A stretch of 64,000 bases of DNA from Ginglymostoma cirratum (lineage: Eukaryota). The notes under the pieces are model-generated. The model was not told where the DNA came from and ran no database searches. It saw nothing but the letters and a program-made list of their open reading frames with translations. Position numbers and translations under genes: made by a program. Below, piece after piece: positions 25,191 through 37,010 of the stretch. Every line of letters starts with the position of its first letter. Position 1 is the stretch's first letter. The stretch lies in assembly GCA_024137785.1 (NCBI GenBank), contig JAHRHZ010000282.1, positions 62,001 through 126,000 on the forward strand. The letters run 5' to 3'.

Positions 25191-26349
25191 ATCAGACAAA
25201 TCAGAGCAAACAGATAAATTCACAGGCATACCTCATATGGTCACTGACGATGTTGGCTTTTAACGATCACAAAAATGCTTATTCAATCATTGCATCATCC
25301 ATGTGATTGCATAGGACTCTGTCTATTCACTTAGAGCACAACATGTAGCCCGGTTGTATGTGTGTGTCTTTGGGTTTGTACGTCTTTCTCTCCCAGAATT
25401 TTTCTGCATCAGTGACCACCATTTCACTTTTATCGCGCCCTTCCGCTGGTTCCTCTGTGTATCATTCAGTCCCGTTCTTATCTCCTTCTGATGGCATCTC
25501 TCTTTCTTGATACGAGTTTCACCTTCATTTCCTTTTTCTGTTGAGTTGTCTGAACAGATACAGACAGGCAATCGGACTGACTTTGGTTTGAAAGATCACA
25601 ATTTAACAAAAATTAGATACAAGGGGCTCCTGTAACCTCAATTTCCCTCATCTTATGTTCAACTGCAGGTTCTGAAAGGAAATGGCAGAGCGAGAGAGAC
25701 AAACTGAGTGATTACAGGGAAATATAATTAGTGTATTTTTAACTTATGCATGCGATTACGGGCTTCTGTGGCATTTTCCCCAACCCTAAAAGTAAGTGGA
25801 AACTGCAGTGCTGTGGGTCTGGCATCACAAGTCAGCTCGAACAAACCACGTGTGGACAACAGCTTCCTTCCCGAAAGGACTTTTCGTGACAAATTCTTAG
25901 AACTCAATCCTGACATTTTTGTTAATTTCGATTTCCCTATGGAAGGAATCGAACCCACTTTCCTGGAACGTTACTGGAGTCTGTGGATTAATAGATCGGC
26001 GACAACACCACGAGGCCACCGCCTTCATTCTAGGCTCGGAGATAGGTGAATGATGTTAGAGATGCTGACAGATCAGGTTGAAATTGAGGTCAGAAATGTA
26101 GGAAATTGTATCTGTGGATCTTTATCCTCAGAGTTTGAGGGGCCACCGGGATTTTAGTTTGGAAGGGAATTAAAGGACGTGTCGTGCATGGGCAAATTGG
26201 CGGCGTACATTAAATTTGTAACAAGATAAATTGCAGGAAAATGAAAGAGAGGGGTAGAGAAATAGGGAGAATTGAGAGTAGGACTACTGGCAATTTGAAG
26301 AATTGCTTATCATAGGTGGAAGATAGTGTGTTAAAATGCTTACTCATCC

Positions 26350-27460
26350 AGTTTAATGACTGTGACCAGCACAGCAGGTGTCAAGTAAGTGAGAGTCAAC
26401 TCTTTTCCTCACGTCCTCACAAAATTTCCACCGACACATAAGGGTGAGGTGGAAGCATCTGGTATAAGACAGCATTTTATTGAAGGTGGGGCTTTGTTTT
26501 AAATTGGTACCTTCAAATATCTGACTCCTTTTCTACACAGTGGACAGCGCAGTGCAGCTACTCAGCAACTGGTTTCCCTGTGGAAGACTTCTAACAGGTA
26601 GCTGTGAAGGAAATACTGCCCACATGTCTTTTCAATTTGTCTTTTGAACATGCTCCACGCTGAAAGGGTAATTTCTTCTCTTGAATTATTTCCTCATCTC
26701 GGTGTCAAAAACTGAACAAATCCACCTTTCCGGGGGGTTAATACTTGTCAATATCGAACTAAAGTATATCCGAATGGACCGTGAAGTGGGGCACCTGCAC
26801 GTTATGGGATGTTCACTTGTGTAAATGAGCGAAACCGACAACCAGTGAAGGTCAGATATATAAATTAGTTAAAAAAGGTAAACTTTGAACAAAAATTTGG
26901 ATTATGTCGTCCTCAAATAAGTAAGAAAATTTTTTTAAAAATGACTTGATAGTGGAGGAAACTACCAATTTATCAAAGAATCCTGAAGAAGTGTCACTGA
27001 ACACAACTATCTCCCCACAGTTGTTACCAGTTCTGCTGAGTTTCTCCAGTAATTCAATTTTATTTAATAATTAATATGTTTAATTTTAAAAAAAATGAAG
27101 ATAACATAGATTACTAATGCAGAAACTGGAGCTGATGATGTTGGTACAAAGTTAAATAATCCATGTTTTATTAACAGGAGAAGGGAGTGTAAAACGCACA
27201 GAGTCAACAATCAACACCTCACATCATTGTGATCACACAGTTCAAACACTTGTACTGGTTTGCCGGTCTTCTTTAGGAGCATGTTACATTGTAGTCGTTG
27301 TGAAATTGAGACTGGGATGGATAGAATCGATAGTTCTGAAAAAGGAAAGAAAGTCAAGAAGGGTGACAATGATGAAGGAAGTCTGGAAGGAAGGAAATGA
27401 GTAAGAAATGAATGGATGGGGAAAAGTAGAAAGAAAATGATTAAGAAGGAAAGAAATGAA
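26350..27460 (+). repeat. About 1.1-kb block duplicated at about 48860-49950
   Basis: Colinear shared words: AAGTGAGAGTCAACTCT, CTTCAAATATCTGACT, CACAGTGGACAG, GACAACCAGTGA, AAACTGGAGCTGATGATGTT, GGTCTTCTTTAGGAGCATGTTACATTG. Confidence 0.85.
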
Positions 27461-27729
27461 TAAACAAATGGCAGCAGGACGTGACCAATGGGCAGTGGAA
27501 ACAGTGAGGGTGGACATAAATCACAAGTTCTCCTCTCGTCCAGCAGTAAAGAATTTCCAATTGTTCTGGAGATGCTTCAGGTATCTGTAAAGTAGGAGAA
27601 TTTGTTTTTATACCCCTTTAGTACTGGACCGTCTTTTGATCAGATTGCTGGAACGGGTGGATATAGAAGCAGTGCACACTGGGCCAGTCTGGTGGGGAAA
27701 AAAAGAACAACATGAAGGGATTTAACAAC

Positions 27730-29706
27730 CCCTCATTGCTCAAGGGATGCAACAGAATGAGGAAGAACGGGCGAGAAAGGGTAAAGATCTGAAAGAAGTA
27801 ATTGTAAGCCTGCCAAGCTGGCCAGATGCAGAAGTTAGCTTTGAGGCTTCAAATCCAGGGTATCCCATCCAAAATGAACAAACGCTTGAAGGCAAAGTAG
27901 AAAGGGACGTTTTTGATAAAGCTCAGGACACAGATCAGTCCATTGTTCAGTGATGCCGTTTCCTCCGTGTAGTGTCTAGTCTTCAGGTTCTGGTCGCAGA
28001 TGACCACAAAACAGTCGATAGTGAAGGCAACTGTCATCAGATGGAGCAATCGCCTGTGGCATAGGCCATCAAGACGCTGGATCCGCACGCAGAAGTGGTG
28101 GGCGAGACACTTTCCCGGGAGGAGATACGGCTGATTCCGTTGAGGATAATTGTGGTGGTTGTAAAATGGAAATCACTCACTGCAATCACCAACATATTGG
28201 TAGATGATGCAGCTGGAGAGACCGCACCGCCCTTGAGTTAGATGAAGATCGCCAACAAGTCGATGTGACTTATCAAAAGACATAGATATTATTGAACTCT
28301 TTCGAGCCAGCGGCTGTTGCCTCCTGCAATCTCCAGCCATCACCTTGCCACTTCCAATCTCCGCCTATTTTTAAACTATTGACAAAATTGGACATCCAGG
28401 GCAGCATAACACATCTGTTCATATGATCAGTACTGGGAATAAATATCGTTCTCTAGTCACTGAATAAATGTCAGCGGCTACTTGTCTAATTCAGAATAAA
28501 CAGAATAATGTGGTGCCCATGAACTAATTCATGCCATGCACCGGTCATCCTTCTACTCATAAACTCGCTAACGATGTCTCACCCTTTACAATCTCATCCC
28601 AGTTTTCAGAAGTTCCAGCGTCTCGCCATATCCATTCATGTAACATCCAACAACAGTTATAAATCTCATGTTAACTGCCATTCTGTCTCCCTCGTGTCCC
28701 TCACATTGCTACTTCTACCTGTGTCGTTTAATGGTTTAATGAGCAAAACTGTAATCGCTGGAAGTATCACTGCAGATGCACGACTACTGCCACCTTCTTT
28801 CAGACGTTCTTTTGATCAACCCTTTTAATAATATATCACATTCGTCCGGTATAAATTCGTTTACTAAATTGTTCTGGCTATTCACCTCTGCAGTGACGTG
28901 GCTCGGATGAAGTGCGCCTTTTCTGGTTTTTATTTAAAGATACAAATATCCAAAATGGCAAAACTTCGCAGCAAGGGAGCAAGTTAACAACAGGTTAAAA
29001 GTCTTGAATCTTCATGGGCGTCTTTTGGACTAAACTCTGATTAATTCCAAAGACCACATTAACAATGGTGCAGTCCATTGGGAACTCCAGTATATCGGAC
29101 CATGAAATGGACTGTAGATTCATGTAATCACTGACCATATGTTTGTATTACAAAACATCACGTGAGGTACTACCACAAAGTAAATCGTATTCAGACACTG
29201 CAATGAGACATGTGATAAATAGGCATTTTAGCGCAATGATAAACAATTAACCTTATAATGGATTAAAACACTCGTTTGCATATTACGGAATTGGAATGGA
29301 GCATAATCTGTGACAATATTACAGTTTAATGTTGAAGCAAAGTCATTCATCACGATTTGTAGTTCAGCGTCTAATAGGCAATGTTCCTGTAAATATACAA
29401 CATGCAGAATTCAAGAACGACTTGCCGTTCATTACACTGAAATTCTTAATAATGTTCGATTATTTGCTACAGCACAAGTAATATCCAATAACGTAATAAT
29501 TGTCTTGGAAACGGGTTGAAGTCCCTTAAAATCAAAATGTTGCATGTTGGAAAAATTCCACCGAATCGTGGAAGAGAAATAAATTTGTGGAAATACACAA
29601 ATATGACAAAAATATTCTTGAGCATCAGTGACTTACCAGAGGCAGTGTTTGCAGCAAGTATTTAATAGCAAATGACAAAGAAGACAGCAATGACTGGCGT
29701 GTGCAT
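27730..29706 (-). pseudogene. GPR139/142-like GPCR pseudogene (exon 1 29706-29637; exon 2 relic about 28266-27730)
   Basis: Exon 1 is 70 nt, MHTPVIAVFFVICY*ILAANTAS+G|gtaagt; exon 2 relic GRCGLSSCI..VIAVSDF..TVAFTIDCFVVICDQNLKTRHYTEETA..ICVLSFIKNVPFYF..DGIPW aligns to the intact copy, with frameshifts and loss after TM5. Confidence 0.88.
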
Positions 29707-32700
29707 CCTCTTTCAGTAACGACTGGCGTTGATGTCTTGGTGGATTTTTGCTCTGTGACATAATCAATTATGTCTTCATTTATTTTGAATGATTGTCTCG
29801 CGATAGACAATTAAGTTATAACATGCACCTTGCTAACATTTCGCTGAACCGAGAGATTATCTTACTGTTGCATACCCTCCAACAATGTGAATGATTGATT
29901 TTCAATTTTGGAACAGGCTCGTTTTAATTTCTTTGGTTCATCCAACTGGACAAAACATGACATTGTGACTGGATCAAGTGAACCCGCTGACGGCAGACAC
30001 TGAGCTGAATCGTGTCGCAAAACTATCTTTTCTGTTTCTGTTTTTTCTGATAGTTTTTAGTTTGAATTTTGTTTTGAGTGTCAATTTACTTCACCATATA
30101 TTTTCATTCATACATGTTTTAGTGCCTAATACGTTAACACTGCTAAAACAGTTCCATAAATTTGAACTTTTAGAATGCACAGTTAGCGAACACAGGAGGT
30201 TAATGTGGCATGGAGCATCAAATGAAAATTTTGTTCACGTTGAATCTGAAAAATCCTTCATTTTCGCAGATCAATTACAAGTGCACGAAGGCAGTTCAAG
30301 TGCTCAAGTTCCCGTTCAGAGTTTCTGGTGCAGACACAGTTGATTAATGCCAATGTTTAATATAACGAGAGAAACATCAGGTTAATGAGTGACTGGAAGA
30401 TGGCTGAAAATTAAAACGCCAAGTTCATCGACAACAAAGACATGGTCGATTCAATTCAGAAAGGTTCATACTCTAGTGCAGTAACAATTGAGATAAAGCC
30501 AATGAAAGTGTTCACAGGTGCAGAAATAACATAACTTAAAAAGAGGAATGCAATGTTGCAGGAATAATTAGGAAACCTGAAGGTGCAATATGGACCCAAA
30601 CAGATTCGAATGCAGTAAACAAGTTTTGATTGTATAATTCCATTGACACAGTCTAGGAAAAAAAAAATAAAACAGGAATGGGTTTTAATGGAAGAAGAGG
30701 CATGACGCATCTTGTTGGAAACAACAATGCGGTGTGATGTAATATCAGCGAAAACTGATAGAAATGATGTAGCGAAGTTAAGTGTGAACAATAACATAGT
30801 TATCAGAACACTAGTTGAGGCAGGGTGCATTCTCCTGGAAATAAATTGACGGACAGTTGAAGCGATGGTCAGTTATTACACAACTGTTGATAGATAGAAT
30901 GTGTCAACACTGTCGAGCCATCAACATACGAACACTGGTACAAAAGGAGATAGGGCTTGTGAAATGCTACAAAGTACCTGGGAAAGTATAATGGAAAACA
31001 AGCTTAAAAGCTTATTCAGGCAACAGGAATTAGCAAAATAATAATAAGGAATGTCAACACACGAACTAAGACAGAGCCACATCTAAACTTCAAATGATAT
31101 ACATTTGTTCCTATAGTAATCAAAATCTGTTCACAGACGAAAAAGAAGGTCACTCATGTTCCAACTTTCTATTTTTCTGCAATGCATCGTGTAGATCGTA
31201 CATTCTTCTTTTACTGAGTATCTGTCATGCAGGGAGTGAAATGTTCTGAAGGCATTGCACATCACCTGGCTGCTTTTAACGAGATGACATCTAGTTTTTT
31301 GAGTCAAATTGGAGCTTCACTCATCCAGGCAAGTGCAGATACTCCATCAGCTTGAGAAGATCAATAACCATCATACAAAAATGGCAGTGCAAGCTCGAAT
31401 TTCGAATGTTCTTCCGTGTTTCTGAATTTTACTTTCATACAAGATCAACTATGATGTACTCTTCAGCTGAAAAAAAGGGCCAGCAGCAATTAAGATCCCT
31501 CAAAAGAGCTTGAACTGGTTAGATCTATTTTGTACGGAAAACATGGAACCAGGGTGTGACTGAACAGAAATATTTTAAATGATGCATGTGTTAAGTGAAA
31601 TTAATTTGGAAAATTGTCCTTGTGCATGACTCCATGACAACGAGCCATAAATATCAAAGTTCACGAAAAAAAACAGAGAGCGATATTAAGAAGAATGCAC
31701 TCATACAAAGATACATTAGAACAGAATAGAACTACTAATATATGGAATTAGTGGAACACAGAAACGACAGAATGGAGGAAGGACTAGAGGTTTGCATGTC
31801 TCCATCTGCTAATAAATCCTTATACATAGAACGGAGAGGGCTGGTCTTGTGACAAACAAACACTGGTGCTGTAAATTTCGTTCAATTTCCTGTCCCTGTT
31901 ATGAAGCTTGTGAATGATATAAAGTTCAGAGGTCACAAGTCCCAGAGGGCACGGGAGAGAATCAGACAATGTTTTTGAGGGAATCGAAATAGTCAGAGAC
32001 GCTGAAGGGGCAGTTCCCCGCGAGTAACAGTAAAACCACAGCAGAACCTGTACAAACTGAAACCAAACAACAACTGAGAGACCTTGGGAAAAGGTCACAC
32101 GATGGCACAAACCACAAGCAGAGCAAAGAAATGACATGAAAACGGCTGTGAAAATTGGCATTAATTTGAAATCAGTAAATCTGAACAACTTGATGACTAA
32201 AATAAAAGACATAAAAGAAAGACTAATAGAACGTTTCTGAAAGCATTGCTCTGTCAAAATCATTGACCTCTGACAGTCAATGAATAATTTAAATTAATTT
32301 ATGCTTTTGGTTACATCTTCCTAACAGCAGTGAAAGAACCTCTCTGGCTTATTCTCGGAAGCAGAGTTTTTGGAATTAAAATGTCTCATTGATGTCAGAA
32401 CGTTTATTTCGAATTATCTTTAAAAAAATAAGTGAAGATTAAAATCATGAAGTCATATAACACAAAGGGATACTCTTTGAATATGAATGATCCCCCTCTA
32501 TGAAATTGGAAACCAATCCGTCCATGAATCTTTGCTCTTTCCTAATCGTCCAGCACACAGTTCCAGTTCCAATGCTCATTCAATTAGAATACGTAAGTTA
32601 TTGATAAATCCGCTCACACCAACCACCACTTTTGTAAAACGTTACATGCCATCTCTTTTACTGACTGACTTTCCATTAACGGCGTGTAAAGATCAAGCAG

Positions 32701-32885
32701 CCCACACAAGGCGCTAAGTTACATGAAAATCAACATTTTTCCTATAAATAAGACTTTACCTCTATAAACAGTCCATTGCCAAACAATAAATGCGATTTAA
32801 TCATGCAAAAGTTGACTACAAACCATCTCACGCACCCTACCCCAACCCCGGGCTCAGAGTCCAGCTTTAGAAACCTCTGCAAACA

Positions 32886-33096
32886 TGATTTTGTGCAACT
32901 CTCTCTCCGCTTTGTGTCTGTATTCCTCACCAAGTTCAGGCTATTGTACAGCTCTCACCGTGTTCTGTATCATTGTGCTGTAATCTTCCCAAGTTCAGGA
33001 TTTTGTATAGCTTTCCCCAGCTCTGTATCTCTGCCACAGTATTGGCCACCATGTTAATATTTTTGGAGAGCTCTCTCCGTGCTATGTATCTCTGTG
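32886..33096 (-). repeat. Tandem array of four RSS-like units (period about 53-60 nt) 3' of the supporting V
   Basis: Unit 33096-33058 CACAGAG-23-CCAAAAATA; unit 33035-32998 degenerate heptamer-22-ACAAAATCC; unit 32977-32939 CACAATG-23-ACAATAGCC; fourth nonamer-like ACAAAATCA at 32894-32886. Confidence 0.75.
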
Positions 33097-33404
33097 TGCT
33101 GAGCGCGGACTCCTTGCACAGTAATAAACAGCAGAATAATTCAGTTGTATTCGAGAGATCATTAACCGACTGGTTGTCGCCTCAGGATCAATAGAAGCAG
33201 AAATTCGTCCTCCAGCGGCATTTTCTTTCCTCTGCTCTCCTGAATTGTCTCTTTGAAGGAGGTATTTCAGAGCTTGTTCTGGGGACTGACAGTACCAGTA
33301 AACTCTGTACTGACAGAATCCTGAATAGTCTCAGCTTAAAGTAACGGTGTCACCTGCAGCAGAAGTTTGTCGAGGCGGCCTCTGGGACACCAGGGAATTA
33401 GAAT
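33097..33404 (-). pseudogene. NAR-TCR supporting Vdelta exon (leaderless, CDR1 Cys), inactivated
   Basis: Acceptor cccacag|AT; (D)SNSLVSQRPPRQTSAAGDTVTLS*DYSGFCQYRVYWYCQSPEQALKYLLQRDNSGEQRKENAAGGRISASIDPEATTSRLMISRIQLNYSAVYYCARSPRSA; first Cys codon is TGA (33333-33331); phase matches the upstream J donor. Confidence 0.9.
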
Positions 33405-36215
33405 CTGTGGGATGATATTCAACATCATTACTTATCCAACGTCTGTTACAGTGAGAAATTGTAAATCACCGAAATTATTCTGCTTTTGTGGAAAATCATT
33501 TTATTGACAGTCCATTTGAATCTATTCTCTTTTATCGAAATACGAATGAAGGAGGTGATAGTTTCTTTGATATATTTTGTTCTTATAATGTGCAAAATAT
33601 TGCCAAAACTCGTGGTCGACACTGATTCAACAGCGACTTTCAAATGGTTGATCGATAGCAGTGGAATCAGGCAGAAAAGTTAGAGCTTTTCTGGGGAGAA
33701 CGCAAGGACCGGGGGAACAATTGTAAAGAACTCTGGAGAAAACTGTAACCACACGAGTGGCTCAATGCTATCGTGTAAGTTCTGTGATGTATGCTATATC
33801 TCGGCGTCCATTTATTCTATTGATAGACAAGCCCGAGGCAACATCTTACACTAACCTTCAAATCTGGAGGGCATATTTTTAAATTGAAAGTTGTAAGATT
33901 TAAAATGTTCCTGTGGAACAACGTTTTCACACAGGTTGCATATAGGAATGAGCTGCCAGAGGAAGTGTTACAGATAGGTGCAGCTAAAAAAAAAAAGACA
34001 AGTAGACAAGTACATGAAGAGGAAATGTTTGGAGGGATTTGGACCAAACACAGGGAAATGGGATTACTTTAGTTTGGGAAACCTGGCCCACCTGGACCAT
34101 TTGGATGAAAGGGTGTGTTACGTGCTGTATGAGTCGATCACTTCATGATCAATTTCCATAAATAACTGTGCAAAAATAACCCAACTGTGTTGTGCCAATA
34201 TGCACAGCAAGAACCAAAATAAACGGTGTTTTTGACTAGCGCCGATTAGCTCAATATTTGTTTTGCAGTTTCCTTCTGTACAGGAGATTCTACCTGATTT
34301 TTGATCTACATTATATTTTATTTCCAAGTAAGATCACTTTCCTCCCCGTTTACTCCCAATGAGAAATATTTTGAATCAGTATCATTTCATTTCTGCTTTT
34401 CCTTTGTGCTTTTTTCTTTTCTTGCAATCGTGGTAATTTGCACCAACATCGCTCAGACATCTCTTGCTTTCAGTCTGAACTGTTTCTTGGTGGAGGTGGG
34501 GTAGGTTTGCTATTACTGATGGGATCTCCCCTCCGGATCTCCCTCAGTTTCAATTCCTTGAATCGATTTATTCTCTTCTGGGTACTCTGGCTGGAGAGTT
34601 TTGTATTTTCGTTTTGCATTGAATATTTACATTTGCATTGAATATTTATAAGTATTAGGTCATTCAGCTCCGGTGGTATGCCCGCTTCAGTCTGAAATTT
34701 AATTTACACTGTCCATCCAGTACACTACGTAGGTATATTTTCAAAACCTTCAAGACTGAATACAAAGTGCTCCAATCACTTTTGTTGCAACTTTCACATT
34801 GCACCATCTCATTTTGTGTTTTTCTCCACCTTCATGACTTGATTTGTTCTGTTGTTGAGCATGCTACATTTATGGTACATTACTCTTGGCTCCGTCTCGT
34901 TCCTATTTGCTATGTCACGATATATAAGATTTCCATGAAGTCTTGTGGTACTTCTTTCGTCATCAGAGAACGAGACTAGGCGAAAACAGTTAGGTTTTGA
35001 CACTCCGCTATTTTCTGACATACAGAATGCCACAGATTCAAGTCAATGGCTTGACTCAGTTATTCATGCATTCGCAGTTCTAATTGCTGATGTCTTAATT
35101 TCAAACTATGACCACTGTGTAGACTTTTTAACATGGATTTAATTCCACTTAATAGCTATTCCTTAACAATTGCATATGTTTAAATTAGATCACTTATCCC
35201 TCTTTGAAACTGTAAGCAAGTCAGCTCAGACGTCACAATCGCTTCACCAAGGAGAGCAACGTTATCTCAAGCGCTTGCATGATGAATAGTAGCTGCACTT
35301 GCTGCAAAACAAACCGATTTGTCCTCAAGTAAGGAGAGCAAACTTTTTCCCACCATTCCACTCCTTCCCTCCGTAGAGCTCACGAAATAAGCTGGTGAGA
35401 GGTTGTACTTTGATCGATGGCCCAGAAATTGTCATATATTCCTTTTGATGCTTTTTTACTTGCTTGTTTTAAATGAGAATTCTTTCAGTTTTCATTGGAT
35501 CGCTTCAACAGCTAAATTGCAGTTAACCGATGTCGCAAAACATCTAAATTTAAAAATAAACATACTTACAGTTTCACATCCAAGTCTGACTATGGAAAAT
35601 TAGGAATGTCATTATATTTATGAAAGCATACATATGAAAACAGTTGAAAAAATGGCCAATCGATCATTCGTCTCACTGATTCCCCAATGAGTAAAGTTCA
35701 TCTTCAGACTCAGCCGGATCTCTTATACCTATGTTTTCTTAGTGATGCATCCAAGTTTCTTGTGAGGCAAATGTTTTTGTCACCTTTTCTCGTCCGGCAC
35801 CTGATTCGGAGTTCAATCTCTGCCTGGTACAGAGCTCCACGATGCCACTGCTCTGACCGAAGTGATAGACTGAGCTACTTTGATTAACAGTTAAGTCCGA
35901 GAGTGTAGTCCAGATTGTTGTCACTGTCCACACATTGAAACGAGAATTCATCAATGGTAATGGGACCGCACTGTTGACCTATTAGAGTAGTAATGCTACA
36001 TGTGCAGTGAAACAGTCGACTCGTGGCTAGGTTTCATAGACTTATGCCTGCAAGCTTTGACTGGACTCCCGTATTCTGCAGACAATACGAACACTACAAT
36101 GTGAATGATTTCTCCGAAATTGTTTGTTTGAATTTTGTTGCAAATAAAGGGCACAAAAATAAATTGAACATTCACCCACCCAGTATATAGAAAGGCGCAG
36201 TGCATAGTCACTTAC

Positions 36216-36301
36216 CAGCTATGACATTCAGCACCGACCCGGATCCATCTACATAACGATATTATCACAGTAATTCTCTCAGAATCCCCTCGACAAAAAC
36301 C
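36216..36301 (-). other. NAR-TCR J segment (36265-36216) with its RSS (36266-36301)
   Basis: YRYVDGSGSVLNVIA+G|gtaagt (NAR-type J with D in place of F/W before GxG); on + strand CACAGTA (36266-36272) + 20 nt + ACAAAAACC (36293-36301). Confidence 0.88.
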
Positions 36302-36616
36302 AATGCTACCTTAAATAGACGAGAAATCATCATCACGCGGTTTGAATAGTAAATTTATTCTGGAGATTTAGATAAATAATTAATATCCTACGTTTCCAAG
36401 TTTCCCTTGATTCGATCTCCTCTCCTGACCTTATGGCAAACTGTGCAGCAATACGGGAGGCAGATGTCCACTTCACACAAATGGAGGAGAATCTGAAAAA
36501 AACCCAATATTTATTGCTGGAGAGAGAAAATAAATTAACCCACAATACAACAAAGGGTACTTCGCGCCTGCAATTGGCTATCGGGGCTGGAGAATTTATA
36601 TTTTATTTATACAGAG

Positions 36617-36677
36617 TAATTTCGTCGGCCCCCTTTCACTGTGTATTTCCCCAATATTACACGTTGTTACAAACCCG
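36617..36677 (-). other. Candidate NAR-TCR D segment (about 36649-36644) with two 12-type RSSs
   Basis: J-facing CACAGTG (36643-36637) + 11 nt + ACGAAATTA; V-facing, read on +, CCCAATA (36650-36656) + 12 nt + ACAAACCCG (36669-36677); lies between the NAR V and J. Confidence 0.6.
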
Positions 36678-37010
36678 TGTAAATCTTCCTCGGACTGAGT
36701 CAGATGTGTGGACGTTCCTGAAACAGCTGGACTGTCGTTCTGGATTCCAGTTGTTCGAAAAAGATCACAGCTCGTGTGTGCGTCCTTTAACTGTGGTGAG
36801 TCTTTCCTAATTTGCATTGATCTTCACTAATACTGGGAAAGACATCGCCAGGGGAACACACTTGGAACGTATGAAACTCAAGATGCTGTTGACAATTATC
36901 GAATCGCATTGTAAATTGGATTGTAGGGCAGAACTGCAAGGTACAACTATGGGAATCTCCAGGCAGATTATCTCGGTTTTCGATTTGTTTCTGTGATGAT
37001 CTCCAGTGAG

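Noticed and set aside
26536-26542. CACAGTG conserved in both duplicated blocks (also 49032-49038)
   Set aside because: No nonamer at 12 or 23 nt and no adjacent V, D or J coding sequence
31820-32263. 147-aa ORF and gaacctgtacaaa resembling a V RSS end
   Set aside because: No Ig motifs on either strand and no heptamer at the correct distance
35739-35954. Minus-strand ORF between the NAR J and supporting V, considered as a V or leader
   Set aside because: No Ig framework residues, no signal-peptide character and no RSS
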